NCBI GenBank assembly: GCA_963702475.1
Contig: CAVPCT010000006.1
Location: 256,001 to 320,000 of the forward strand
Length of the DNA stretch: 64,000 nt
Origin: an uncultured Thermoleophilia bacterium
GTDB lineage: Bacteria > Actinomycetota > Thermoleophilia > UBA2241
Direction of reading: 5' to 3'
Shown: piece by piece, positions 8,146 to 17,970 of the stretch
How the letters are laid out: the number at the start of each line of letters is the position of its first letter
Numbering within the stretch: the stretch's first letter is position 1
Notes under the pieces: generated by a model
What the model was told of the DNA's origin: nothing
The model's input: the letters and a program-made list of their open reading frames with translations, nothing else
Databases searched by the model: none
Translations under genes and position numbers: made by a program

Positions 8146-10259
8146 ACGCGCCTTTCTCCGCCCCGGCGCAGGAGCGGACGCCCGGCCTTACGCCGGCCTC
8201 GTCCACCGAGGAGCGACGCCGGACGCCCTGGCTCGCGATCGCGGGTGCCATCGCCGTCGCCGCCTTGCTGCTGCTCGTCCTCGCGGTGTTCGTCCGCGTC
8301 GCCCTCCGGTACTCCGACTTCGGTCTGGCGAGAGCCTACGGGTTCGTCCCCTTTCTCAGTACGGAGGGCGTCGCCGTGCTCGGCCTGGTGGGTCTCGGCG
8401 TTGCACTCGTCATCGCGATCATCGGCTGGCGGTCGGGCTCCCGTGCCCGTGCCGGCGCCGGGGGAGCAAGTGCGAGCGAAGGCCCGTCGCATCGCGCGGG
8501 GATGCTGTGGGCTGCCGGTGGCCTCGCGGTCGGCTCGGTGCTCCTGTTCATCGTGGTCTGGGAGCTGGGGCTGGGGTACGGAGTCACCGCCGGCCTGGCC
8601 CTGATCGCCGCGGCCTTGGTGATGGCGGCCGGACTGATCGCGGCCGCGATCCTGGGAGTGGGTGCGATGCGGCCCGGGCGGGCGACGTCGCTGCGCACCC
8701 GCGCCTTCGGCGTCATCGTTGCGTTGATCCTCGTCCCGAGCGTGTGTCTCTCCCTGCTCGGCGTGTACGCGTACTACGCGAGCTGGGAGCGCGCGACCCT
8801 GCTCAACACCGACCAGGCGTACTACCGTGCCGGCGAACTTGCCCGTGAGATCGAGTCGGTCCAGCGGCAGCGCGGCCGCTTCTCCGCGGAGGAGCGCGCC
8901 CGACTGGCCGCCACGATCGCCGCGGCGTACGGGAGCTGGGCACACCCGGAGGGAGCTCAGCTCGCAACGCTCGCACAGCTCCGTGCGACGAGCACGCTGC
9001 CCGCCTGGGCGATCAGGCAGCTCGAACGCGACGGCTACGCCATCGGCTCGGAGCGCGGACCGGCCGCGCTCGACGGGGCGACGAGCAAGCCTGTGGACAC
9101 CGTCGCCTGGCGCGTCGGCCCCGAGACGGTGCGCTACTACGTGCCGGTGTGGACGGACACGGGCAGCTTCACCGCGCCGACCCCCGGCGGTCCGTTGATC
9201 GCCCTCGCGCTCTCAGGTATCGCGCTGATCGTGGTGCTCGGCCTGCTCGGCGCCTGGATCCTCTCACGCAGCGTCGTCCGCCCGGTGCGCCGGCTGGCGG
9301 AGGCCAGTGGCCGGCTCGCCGAAGGCGAAGCCGGCGTCACCGTGAAGCCGGAGGGACCGCGCGAACTGCGCGACCTCGCGGTCTCGTTCAACGACATGAA
9401 CAGCAAGCTGACGAAGGCGCAGGAGACCGAGCAGGCGTTCCTCCTCTCGGTCAGCCACGAGCTCAAGACGCCGCTGACATCCATCCGCGGCTACGCCGAG
9501 GGCATCGGCGACGGGACGGTGCAGCCGGACGACGGCGCCGCCGTCATCGGCGCTGAGTCGAGCCGGCTGGAGCGTCTCGTCGGCGACCTGCTCGAGTCCG
9601 GCCGTATGCGCAAGAGCGCCTTCACCGTGCGCCGCGAGGCCGTTGACCTCGCCGCGGTCGCCGCGGACGTCGCGCGCCGCTGCGAGGCCACGGCGCGCGA
9701 CGCCGGCCTGACCCTGCTGGTGAACACGGACGCCGGCGGCGCAGCGGGCGCCGACCACGACCGCGTACTCCAGGTCGTCTCCAACCTGGTCGAGAACGCC
9801 ATCCGCTGCACCCCGGCGCCGGGCACGGTGACGATCACGACGGCGCCGGGAGTCGTCACGGTCGCCGATACCGGGCACGGCCTGACGAGCGACGATCTGC
9901 CGCGCGCCTTCGAGCGCTTCTACCTGTACACGCGGTACGGCACCGACCGGCCCGTGGGCACCGGCCTCGGCCTGGCCATCGTCAAGGAGCTCACCGAGGC
10001 GATGGGTGGCACGGTGAGCGTGGCCAGCGCCGTCGGCGTCGGCACGGCGTTCACCGTCACCCTGCCGGGCGACAGGGGCGCGGCTTCACCTGCGGCCGGG
10101 ACGACAGCCGCAACCGCCGCGCCGTCCTCCATCACCGCCGCCACGGAGACGGCTTCGCCGGACCCGGCGGCGGTCGTCACCGTGTCACCCGACGCGGGCG
10201 CCCCCGCCGCGACTGAGACGACAGCCGCCACCGCCGCGCCCAAGGACGATGTCTCGTGA
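8142..10259 (+). CDS. Membrane sensor histidine kinase (HAMP-HisKA-HATPase)
   Basis: Multiple TM helices, HAMP, SHELKTPLTSI, NLVENA, DTGHG, GTGLGL; Ala/Thr-rich tail. Confidence 0.93.
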   Translation: MNAPFSAPAQERTPGLTPASSTEERRRTPWLAIAGAIAVAALLLLVLAVFVRVALRYSDFGLARAYGFVPFLSTEGVAVLGLVGLGVALVIAIIGWRSGSRARAGAGGASASEGPSHRAGMLWAAGGLAVGSVLLFIVVWELGLGYGVTAGLALIAAALVMAAGLIAAAILGVGAMRPGRATSLRTRAFGVIVALILVPSVCLSLLGVYAYYASWERATLLNTDQAYYRAGELAREIESVQRQRGRFSAEERARLAATIAAAYGSWAHPEGAQLATLAQLRATSTLPAWAIRQLERDGYAIGSERGPAALDGATSKPVDTVAWRVGPETVRYYVPVWTDTGSFTAPTPGGPLIALALSGIALIVVLGLLGAWILSRSVVRPVRRLAEASGRLAEGEAGVTVKPEGPRELRDLAVSFNDMNSKLTKAQETEQAFLLSVSHELKTPLTSIRGYAEGIGDGTVQPDDGAAVIGAESSRLERLVGDLLESGRMRKSAFTVRREAVDLAAVAADVARRCEATARDAGLTLLVNTDAGGAAGADHDRVLQVVSNLVENAIRCTPAPGTVTITTAPGVVTVADTGHGLTSDDLPRAFERFYLYTRYGTDRPVGTGLGLAIVKELTEAMGGTVSVASAVGVGTAFTVTLPGDRGAASPAAGTTAATAAPSSITAATETASPDPAAVVTVSPDAGAPAATETTAATAAPKDDVS

Positions 10260-10905
10260 CGTGAGGCGCCGCCGCATCTACCACTCTCGGGCCGTGAGGC
10301 GGCGCCGGTCGGCGCTCGTGGTGTTCGTCGCGGCAGTTATGGCGCTCGGCGCTGTCGCCGCCGCGCAGGGCGGCGGCAGCGAACGCGTGCGGGTTGCCTA
10401 CGACCGCCGCGCCGCTGTCACGTACGCAGACACCTGGGCGCTGAAGGTGAATCCCGAGTACTGGTCGTCGCCGGACAACGACTGCGCCAACTTCGTCTCC
10501 CAGTGCCTCGCGGCCGGCGGGCTGCGGCCCACCTTCGACGCCGGCCTGGAGTGGCACGCCGACGGCACGGACTTCCCCACGGTGGCGTGGGTGAATTGCG
10601 GCGCGCAGAGACGTGCCCTCTCTGGCGAAGGCGCGGGCCGTTCGCGTGCCTTCGCCCGGGTCACGGATGCACTGCCCTCAGAATTGGCGCCGGGCGACGT
10701 CGTGTACCTGGGCAACATCGTGGCGGGCGAGGTCGTGTGGCAGCACGTCGTGATCTGCGTGGGCCGCAGGGGTGGCGAGTGGGTCTACGACAGTCACACC
10801 GCAGCTCATCGTCGGCGGCCGTTGAGCGTGTGGTACCCGGAGCACTTCTCGCTCGTCAGCTACTGCAGCGTCGCCGACACGGTGTACTACGACGCGCAGG
10901 AGTGA
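10249..10905 (+). CDS. Putative amidase-domain (Amidase_6-like) exported protein
   Basis: YDRRAAVTYA, DCANFVSQCLAAGG, PGDVV..HVVI..DSHT; N-terminal hydrophobic segment. Confidence 0.8.
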   Translation: MSRDVRRRRIYHSRAVRRRRSALVVFVAAVMALGAVAAAQGGGSERVRVAYDRRAAVTYADTWALKVNPEYWSSPDNDCANFVSQCLAAGGLRPTFDAGLEWHADGTDFPTVAWVNCGAQRRALSGEGAGRSRAFARVTDALPSELAPGDVVYLGNIVAGEVVWQHVVICVGRRGGEWVYDSHTAAHRRRPLSVWYPEHFSLVSYCSVADTVYYDAQE

Positions 10906-11041
10906 TTGCGGATCCCGGGCTGCCCTGCGGGGCCGGCGGGCGAAGCTCCAGCCGGCCCCGCGTCACCGGTGACCCTCTCGGCATAGGCGCGCCACGGCGC
11001 CGGGGTGAGTCCGCGCCGGTGCGCCCCACGCGGCCGTGCGG

Positions 11042-12613
11042 TCAGACGTCGTCCGGGTCCAGCGCTCGCACGTAGGCGACGAGCTCGCGGGTCTCGTCCG
11101 AGTCGATCTTCATGAGGTCGTAGTCCACGAGCACGCCGTTGAAGTACTCGAACGTGGCCAGGTCCGTCACCGGCCCCGCCGGCAGCACGCCGGTGAAGAG
11201 GAAGCCCAGCTCTTCGAGCTGGGATGCGGCCGCCGCGGCGCCGGGCCGCGCCATGTCCACGCTCGCCTCGATCACGCGCAGCTCGGACTCGCGCAGGCGG
11301 CGCAACTCGTCGTGCAGGCGACCGCGCAGGTCGCCGCCGACCCCGGTCACCCGAAGCGTGGCGACCGAGGTCGACGGGTCGAGGCGCACCGTGATGCTCG
11401 TCTCCGCCCGAAGGTCGCGCAGCGCGTCGAGGGCGCCAGGCGGGGACCCGTCCAGCCTGCCTGGCGCGCCTATCCACCCGTAGAGGCGCGCAATCGTGGA
11501 ACGGTGCCGCTCGGGCACGTCCAGCGGCACCGTCGACGGCGCACCGAAGTAGCGGTACATGGTGATCGCCGAGTTCCGATGGTGCGACTGGGCGTCCATG
11601 CCGCGGAACTCGCGGTCCGGCGGGATCGTGGCCAGGCGCACGCCGCAGGTGCCCATGCCGAGCTGCACGTTGAGGTGCTGCGTGAACGGGTGCACCGTGA
11701 TGGCCTCGGCGAAGACCCCGTAGAGGCCCCGGGAGGCAGCCTCCTCCATGAGCATGTCGGCGAGCCGCCGGGCCACGTGCTTGCCGCGCCACGCCCTGCG
11801 GGTCGCGGCGATGCCGAGCTCCGGGACGTCCCGGAGCTCGTCGGGGAACGAGAGGGCGAAGTGGCCGACCACCGTGCCATCGGGGGCTGTGGCCACCACC
11901 GAGATCATGGCCCCGCTCTCGTTCAGCTCGGCGATGCGCAGCGGGTGGTACATGTCCTCGTGCAGGTACGACAGCCGGTACGTGTCGAAGATGCACTCGC
12001 TCACTGAGGCGGCCTGCTCACGGCGCAGCAGGCCGTAAGTGATGCCGTCCGCGTCGGTCGCGGGCGGCGCCTCCCGGGCGTCATCCGGGTCGAGCTCCCA
12101 GAGCTGCTCCACGTCGCCGCCCTGCAGCTCCCAGGCCCCGCGGCCGCCGATCACCAGCGCGTCGTCGTCGCCCTCGGGAAGGTCGTCGTCCCCCACCTTG
12201 CGCGCCGCTGTGTGGTGATGGAACATCATGCGCACCGTCTTGCCGCCGCGCCCCTCGTTGCGGAACTCGACCCAGTCGGCCGAGCCCTCGTCCAGGAGGC
12301 TGCGGACGAACGAGTCGGCCTCGCCGGCCCGGGACGGGTCGAACGGCGGCCCGTCGTCGTGCAGCGTGACCGTGAGTCCGCCGGGGACGACCTCGCAGGT
12401 GACGTCCACCGTCAGCACCTCGTGCGTCGCCTCCAGCACGAGGATCGCCGCCAGCTGCTGCACCACCACCGCCACGCGCTTGCGGGCGTCGTCGCGGAAG
12501 CCGGCCAGGGCGGCGCCCCCTCGCGCCGTGTCGCGCACGAGCCCGAGGAACTCAGGCCGGCTCGGCACGCTGAGTGTCACCCGCCGTGATGCGGCCGTGT
12601 CCGACCCACTCAT
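11042..12613 (-). CDS. RsbW-like HATPase domain fused to a GNAT-fold domain
   Basis: N-terminal LSVPSRPEFL...TLHDDGPPFDP; C-terminal ELGIAATRRAWRGKHVA and EAITVHPFTQ. Confidence 0.75.
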   Translation of the reverse strand: MSGSDTAASRRVTLSVPSRPEFLGLVRDTARGGAALAGFRDDARKRVAVVVQQLAAILVLEATHEVLTVDVTCEVVPGGLTVTLHDDGPPFDPSRAGEADSFVRSLLDEGSADWVEFRNEGRGGKTVRMMFHHHTAARKVGDDDLPEGDDDALVIGGRGAWELQGGDVEQLWELDPDDAREAPPATDADGITYGLLRREQAASVSECIFDTYRLSYLHEDMYHPLRIAELNESGAMISVVATAPDGTVVGHFALSFPDELRDVPELGIAATRRAWRGKHVARRLADMLMEEAASRGLYGVFAEAITVHPFTQHLNVQLGMGTCGVRLATIPPDREFRGMDAQSHHRNSAITMYRYFGAPSTVPLDVPERHRSTIARLYGWIGAPGRLDGSPPGALDALRDLRAETSITVRLDPSTSVATLRVTGVGGDLRGRLHDELRRLRESELRVIEASVDMARPGAAAAASQLEELGFLFTGVLPAGPVTDLATFEYFNGVLVDYDLMKIDSDETRELVAYVRALDPDDV

Positions 12614-12640
12614 GCTGGACCGTTCATCAGCCGGCGGCCG

Positions 12641-13090
12641 TCAGGCAAGCCGGTCGCGAAGCTGTGCCGCCGCGGCACGGTCTTGAGTGGCGCTCTTCTC
12701 GAACGCCTTCTTGCGCGCGCCGAGCAGCTCGCCGCAGCTCGCCACGAACGCCTCGTGGAAGCCGGCGGCGTCTTCCTCAGCTCGGGCCAGCTGCTCCACG
12801 GCGCCCGGCCAGTGGACCTCGGGCTCGGCGTCCAGCGTGCCGAGATAGGCGCCGGCGTCCAGCACCACGGCCACGCCGGCGCTCGCCTCGGTCTCCTGCC
12901 GCGTGGCGGTGAGCTTCGCCACGCGGTCGTCGTGCGTGCAGACGATCTCCTCGAGCTTGTCGCGCCAGACCTGGTCCGGCGCAATGACGCCGGCGGCCGC
13001 CGCGAGGTCGGCGCAGGCCTGCTCGGCCTCCAGTGCGAACCGCAGGGCGGCGCCGTACGTCGTGATGTCGGGGAACTGGTGAGCCACCAC
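12641..13090 (-). CDS. Ferritin/rubrerythrin-like four-helix protein
   Basis: Repeated ALEAE..H and AEEDAAGFH helical pattern; AAAGGAGAGG RBS. Confidence 0.6.
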   Translation of the reverse strand: MVAHQFPDITTYGAALRFALEAEQACADLAAAAGVIAPDQVWRDKLEEIVCTHDDRVAKLTATRQETEASAGVAVVLDAGAYLGTLDAEPEVHWPGAVEQLARAEEDAAGFHEAFVASCGELLGARKKAFEKSATQDRAAAAQLRDRLA

Positions 13091-13162
13091 CTCTCCTTTG
13101 GTCGTGTCTTGTCGGGGCCGTCCTACCCGGCCGCGCAGTTCCCCTATCGGCTGCGTGGCACG

Positions 13163-13204
13163 AAAAGCGGAGGGTGGGGGAGCCGTGAAGCTCCCCCACC
13201 CTCC
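13163..13204 (-). terminator. Rho-independent terminator of the aldehyde dehydrogenase gene
   Basis: 15-bp perfect stem GGAGGGTGGGGGAGC/GCTCCCCCACCCTCC followed by TTTT on the minus strand. Confidence 0.8.
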
Positions 13205-13250
13205 TCCGGTCAGACGGTGCCGGCGGTCCGCGCCGCGCGCGGAACGTGCC

Positions 13251-14786
13251 TCACCACTGCTTGTTGACGGTGCCCTCCCAGGTGCCGACCTTCTTCTCCT
13301 TCTTCTCCGCCTCGGTGAACCAGCGCGAGGTGACGCACTTGCTCTCGGTGAAGAAGCGGATGCCGTCGAGGCCGAACACGTGGCTCTCGCCGAAGAACGA
13401 GTCCTTGTGGCCGGCGAACGGGAAGAAGCTCACCGGCACCGGGATGCCGACGTTGATGCCGACCATGCCGGCGTGCGTGCGCTTGGCGAACTCACGCGCA
13501 TAGTAGCCGCTCTCGGTGAAGATGCAGGAGCCGTTGGCGAAGCGGCTGTTGTTCATGATCGTGATGCCCTCTTCGAAATCCTCGACGCGCTTGATCCCGA
13601 GCACTGGGCCGAAGATCTCCTCGCGGCCGACCTCCATGTCTTCGGTCACGTGGTCGAAGATCGTCGGGCCGACGAAGAAGCCGTTCTCGAAGCCGGGGAC
13701 GACGAGGTCGCGACCGTCGAGGATGAGGTCGGCGCCCTCTGCGACGCCCTTGTCGATCCAGCCCTTGACGAAGGCCTGGTGGCCGGCCGAGACGACCGGG
13801 CCGAGCTCCGTCTTGGGATCGTAGGAGCAGCCGACGACGCGCTGCTTGGCGAACTTCATCATGTAGCCGATGAACTCGTCGGCGATGGAGTTCTCGACCA
13901 CGATCACGGGCAGCGCCATGCAGCGCATGCCGGCGCAGCCGAAGGTCGAGTTGATGATGCCCGCGGCGGCGCGTTCCAGGGAGGCGTCGGCCAGCACGAG
14001 GCCGTGGTTCTTGGCCTCGGTCTGCGCCTGGACGCGCTTGCCGTGCGCGGCCGCCAGCGAGTAGACGTGCTTGCCGACGCTGGTCGAGCCCACGAAGGAG
14101 ACGCCGCGCACCAGCGGGTGGGTCATCATGAGCTCGGCCTCGGTGCGCGAGCAGGTCACGACGTTGACGACGCCCTTGGGCAGGCCGGCCTCGTAGAGCA
14201 GCTCGAGCAGGCGCATGCCGGTCGTCGGCACCATGCTGGCCAGCTTCAGGACGAGGGTGTTGCCGGTGACGATGCACAGCGGCAGCATCCAGCCGAAGGG
14301 GATCATGCCAGGGAAGTTGAAGGGCGCGATGCCGGCGAACACGCCGATCGGCTCGCGGTAGCTCACGGTGTCGTGCCCGGTGGACACGTTCATGAGCGAC
14401 TCGCCCTTCATGGTCATCGGGGCGGAGACGCCGACCTCGCAGCCCTCGATGATCTTGATGACCTCGCCGCGCGCCTCGTCGAGGTTCTTGCCGAGCTCGC
14501 GCGAGCAGAGATAGGTGATCTCCTCGGCGTGCTCCTCGAGCAGGGCCTTCCAGCGGTAGAGCACCTGGGTGCGCTTCTGGATCGGCGTCGTCGACCAGGT
14601 CTGGAACGCCCTGTGGGCGCTCTCGATGGCGGCCTCGACCTCTTCGGCCGTGCAGCACGGAGCCTCGGCGAACACCTCGCCGGTGGAGGAGTCGGTGACC
14701 GGCATGTAGGTGTCGGTGGCCGATTCGCGCCACTCGCCGTCGATGCAGTACTTCAGGGTCTTCACTTCTGTCACTGCCTGGGCCAT
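13251..14786 (-). CDS. mmsA: CoA-acylating methylmalonate/malonate-semialdehyde dehydrogenase
   Basis: PFNFP, SFVGST, AKNH, FGCAGMRCMA, EEIFGPV, GMVGINVGIPVP. Confidence 0.93.
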   Translation of the reverse strand: MAQAVTEVKTLKYCIDGEWRESATDTYMPVTDSSTGEVFAEAPCCTAEEVEAAIESAHRAFQTWSTTPIQKRTQVLYRWKALLEEHAEEITYLCSRELGKNLDEARGEVIKIIEGCEVGVSAPMTMKGESLMNVSTGHDTVSYREPIGVFAGIAPFNFPGMIPFGWMLPLCIVTGNTLVLKLASMVPTTGMRLLELLYEAGLPKGVVNVVTCSRTEAELMMTHPLVRGVSFVGSTSVGKHVYSLAAAHGKRVQAQTEAKNHGLVLADASLERAAAGIINSTFGCAGMRCMALPVIVVENSIADEFIGYMMKFAKQRVVGCSYDPKTELGPVVSAGHQAFVKGWIDKGVAEGADLILDGRDLVVPGFENGFFVGPTIFDHVTEDMEVGREEIFGPVLGIKRVEDFEEGITIMNNSRFANGSCIFTESGYYAREFAKRTHAGMVGINVGIPVPVSFFPFAGHKDSFFGESHVFGLDGIRFFTESKCVTSRWFTEAEKKEKKVGTWEGTVNKQW

Positions 14787-14836
14787 CGTGGGTCCTCTCG
14801 TCTGTGTCCTCGCGGTTGCCTCAAAGGGTGGCACGT

Positions 14837-14865
14837 AGTCTAATCAATCGAATGATTAGTCTCAA
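14837..14865 (-). promoter_or_regulatory. mmsA promoter with TetR-type operator in the spacer
   Basis: Minus strand TTGAGA-N17-TAGACT; palindrome CTAATCAATCGAATGATTAG (14840-14859) between divergent mmsA and tetR. Confidence 0.75.
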
Positions 14866-14887
14866 CTCCCATGACGAGGATGCCTCG

Positions 14888-15598
14888 GTGAGCGGCGTGC
14901 TGCAAGCTACGGGCCGCGGCACGTCGGCGACGACCACACAGGGTCCCGCCGTCGCCGGTCCTCCCGTCGAAGACCCGCGGCCGAGCATGCCTCCCGCCGC
15001 CGCGCACCTGCTCGAGGCCGCCCAGCACGTGTTGCTCAGCAAGGGGTTCGGAGGCCTCACGCTGCGGGCCATCGCACAGGAGTCGGGCGAGAACTCGGCC
15101 ATGGTGCAGTACTACTTCGGCAACAAGGACGGCCTCGTCCGGGCGATGATCGACTCGGCGTTCCGCGACGACCAGCAGGACGCCGCCGCGGCCATGAACG
15201 CGGCCATGGGCGACGCCCGGTTGCCCGCGTTCGTGGACGCGCTCCGGACCATCGGGTCGTCGCGCTCGTTCCGTGTGTTCTTCGACATCCTGCCGTACGC
15301 CCTCCGCAACGAGACGCTGCGGGACCGCATGGCGCGGGTGTACGTCTGGTACCGGCGGATCAAGTGCGACTGGCTGAGCGGCGGGAGCGAGAGCGGCGAG
15401 CCCGCCGCCGCGGAGCGCGAGGCTCTGCAGGGCGTGGCCGAGCTCATGACGGCGGTGGTCGACGGGCTCGCCGTCCAGGAGGCGATCGACGACGACTTCG
15501 ACTCGAGCCGGGCCTACGCTGTGCTCGAGCTCATGCTGCAGCGCTCGCTGCCGGAGCTGATCGAGCGCGGTCTGCCCGAGGCTTCGTCCGCGGAGTGA
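14888..15598 (+). CDS. TetR/AcrR-family regulator
   Basis: LLEAAQHVLLSKGFGGLTLRAIAQESGENSAMVQYYFGNKDGL HTH; start uncertain. Confidence 0.9.
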   Translation: MSGVLQATGRGTSATTTQGPAVAGPPVEDPRPSMPPAAAHLLEAAQHVLLSKGFGGLTLRAIAQESGENSAMVQYYFGNKDGLVRAMIDSAFRDDQQDAAAAMNAAMGDARLPAFVDALRTIGSSRSFRVFFDILPYALRNETLRDRMARVYVWYRRIKCDWLSGGSESGEPAAAEREALQGVAELMTAVVDGLAVQEAIDDDFDSSRAYAVLELMLQRSLPELIERGLPEASSAE

Positions 15599-15637
15599 GA
15601 GCCGGGGGCCGGCGGGGCCCTGCGGGCCCGGCCCCCG

Positions 15638-17389
15638 TCACTGCCCGTCCGTCTTCCAGCACTCGAAGAAGTTGAACGTCCAGACTGGGTGCACGTAGAA
15701 GCCCCCGGTCGTGGGGCCGTGCATCGCGTTCCACACGGGCTGGTACAGCGGGGCGGCCGGCGCGTCACGCATGATGATCCGCTGCATCTCCTGGAACAAC
15801 GCGATGCGCTTCTGCCGGTCGAGCTCGCGCTTTGACGCTTCGAACAGCGCGTCCACCTGCGGGTCGCTGTAGAAGCTCGCGTTCGCGCCGCCGTCGCGGG
15901 GGTCGGTGAACAGGGGCCCGATCCAGTCGCTCGGGTCGGGGTAGTCCATGTACCAGTTGCCCAGACCGATGGCGATGTGCGCGCCGGAGAGGCCCACGGC
16001 GTTCCAGTACGAGGCTCTGTCCATCTCCTCGATCTCCGTCTCGATGCCGACGGCGGCGAGGTCCCGCTGGACGGCTTTGGCGAGCTGGGGGAAGGGATCG
16101 ACGTCGTGGGTCGCGAGCACCGTCTTGAAGCCGCTCGAGTAGCCGGCGAGCGCGAGCAGGCTCTCCGCGCGTTCGGGGAAGTAGCTGTAGAACCGGGCGG
16201 TGGTCTCGTGACCGGGCAGCCCCCGCGGGTAGAGCTGGTCGAGCGAGAGGCCCTGACCGCCGAGCGCCTCCTGGATCTTCTGCGTGTCGATCGCGTAGTT
16301 TATAGCGCGGCGCACGCGTGCGTCCTGGAACGGTCCCTCCCGCACGTTCATGAACACGTAGTACCAGGCGATCTGGGGGGCGTCGACCACGTACCTGCCC
16401 CAGGCCGGGTCCTGTTTGGTCCTCTGGTAGTCCGACGGGGGGATCGGGTCCCCGAGCACGTCCACCTCTCCGCGCTCGAGACCGGCGAGGGCGCTGCCGG
16501 GGCTCACGATGTCGAACTCCAGGCCGTCGAGCCACTGCCCGCCGGCGCCCGTCCAGTTCGGGTTTCGTTTGGCTGTGATGCTGGTGCCGGGCGTCCAGCC
16601 ATCTACGATGTAAGGGCCGGTGCCGAGTGGCCGGCGGCCGATCTGCCTGCCCACCTCGACGACCCACTCCTTGGGCAGCACCGACGTGAACGGCATGGTC
16701 ATGACGGTGAGAAAGGCGGCGTCGGGGGCATCCAGGGTGATGCGCACCGTGTGGTCGTCCATGACTTCGAAGCCCGTCACCTCATCGGCGGCGCCGTCCA
16801 GATACGCCTGGGCGCCGGCGATCCCCGTGTAGAACGACGTCGCCGGCGCCAGCGGCTCGCGCAGCATACGCTCGAAGCTGTACTTGAAGTCCGCGGCCGT
16901 GACCTCTCTGCTCACCGGCGGTGCGAAGCGGACGCCCTTCTTCAGATGGAAGGTGTACACCAGGCCGTTCCGGGAGATGCCCCCGTTGTCCACGGCCGGC
17001 ACCTCGGTCGCGAGGTCGGGCACGAGCGTGGTCCCGGCGGAGCCGGAGGCGCTCGCGTACGTGAGGAACGTCTGGTAGGTGAGTCGCTCGATGCCCCACG
17101 ACTCGGTCTCCCAGGCCACCGCCGGGTCGAGGGTCGCGGGCTCGTTCTCGAAGGTGACGACCAGGGTGCCGCCGCGCACGGGCTCGGTGGCGGGGATGCC
17201 GGCCGGGGGGTTCGCCGGTCCCGGTGTGGCGCGGTCGCGAGTGAGGAGCACGATCCCCGCCACGGTGGCGAAGATCAGCAGGGCTGCGACCAGGACGACG
17301 AGTCGCCGGTGGCGTACGTGAGGCGCTGTCCGCTCCTTCTCCGACGGGCGGCCGGGAGTGCCGTCCGGCTCAGGCTGCGGTGTCCCCAT
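15638..17389 (-). CDS. Family-5 ABC substrate-binding protein (peptide/nickel type)
   Basis: TLDPA, PDLA, YTFHLKKGVRF, GTGPY, VRRAINYAID; N-terminal TM anchor. Confidence 0.92.
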   Translation of the reverse strand: MGTPQPEPDGTPGRPSEKERTAPHVRHRRLVVLVAALLIFATVAGIVLLTRDRATPGPANPPAGIPATEPVRGGTLVVTFENEPATLDPAVAWETESWGIERLTYQTFLTYASASGSAGTTLVPDLATEVPAVDNGGISRNGLVYTFHLKKGVRFAPPVSREVTAADFKYSFERMLREPLAPATSFYTGIAGAQAYLDGAADEVTGFEVMDDHTVRITLDAPDAAFLTVMTMPFTSVLPKEWVVEVGRQIGRRPLGTGPYIVDGWTPGTSITAKRNPNWTGAGGQWLDGLEFDIVSPGSALAGLERGEVDVLGDPIPPSDYQRTKQDPAWGRYVVDAPQIAWYYVFMNVREGPFQDARVRRAINYAIDTQKIQEALGGQGLSLDQLYPRGLPGHETTARFYSYFPERAESLLALAGYSSGFKTVLATHDVDPFPQLAKAVQRDLAAVGIETEIEEMDRASYWNAVGLSGAHIAIGLGNWYMDYPDPSDWIGPLFTDPRDGGANASFYSDPQVDALFEASKRELDRQKRIALFQEMQRIIMRDAPAAPLYQPVWNAMHGPTTGGFYVHPVWTFNFFECWKTDGQ

Positions 17390-17493
17390 GTGTCCCTCCA
17401 TGGCCCGGAAGTCTACTTCCCGCGCTCGGTCGAACGCGACAGGGGGTCAGGCGGCGACGGTATGATCGCGAAGGAACGAACGTGAGGAGAAGC

Positions 17494-17955
17494 GTGGCGC
17501 ACGTGACGACCACCGCCGTGGATCCGGAGACCGCACGGCCGTTCGGCATCTCCCGGGAGATGCGCGCATTGTCCGCCAACTACGTCGTCGAGCTGCGCGA
17601 TGGCGGGCTCGTGGGCCGCGGTGAGGCGGCGCCGAACCCGCGCTTCGGCGAGGGGCGCGAAGAGGGCGAGGGGCTGCTCGTGGATCTCGCGCCCGAGATC
17701 GCCGACGCCGAGGGTCCGGCTGCCGTCGAGACCGCCTGCGCCTGCCGCGGCGTACCGGTGCTGCTCGGCTGCATGGTCGAGTCGAGTCTCGGTGTGGCCG
17801 CGGCCCTGCAGCTCGCGGGGTTGGTCGACCACGTGGACCTCGACGGCGCTCTCCTGCTGGCCCGCGACCCGTTCACCGGGATAGAGACACGAGGCGACGT
17901 CCTCAGCGCGACGGACGCGCCGGGCCTCGGCGTGCGCCCGGTGGGCACGAAGTAG
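17494..17955 (+). pseudogene. Dipeptide (L-Ala-D/L-Glu) epimerase with a large in-frame internal deletion
   Basis: N-terminal PFGISR..GRGEAAP joined directly to C-terminal LLGCMVESSLGVAAA..DLDGALLL..PGLG; central barrel with KxK and metal ligands is absent. Confidence 0.75.
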
Positions 17956-17970
17956 CGACCGGACGGCCGG

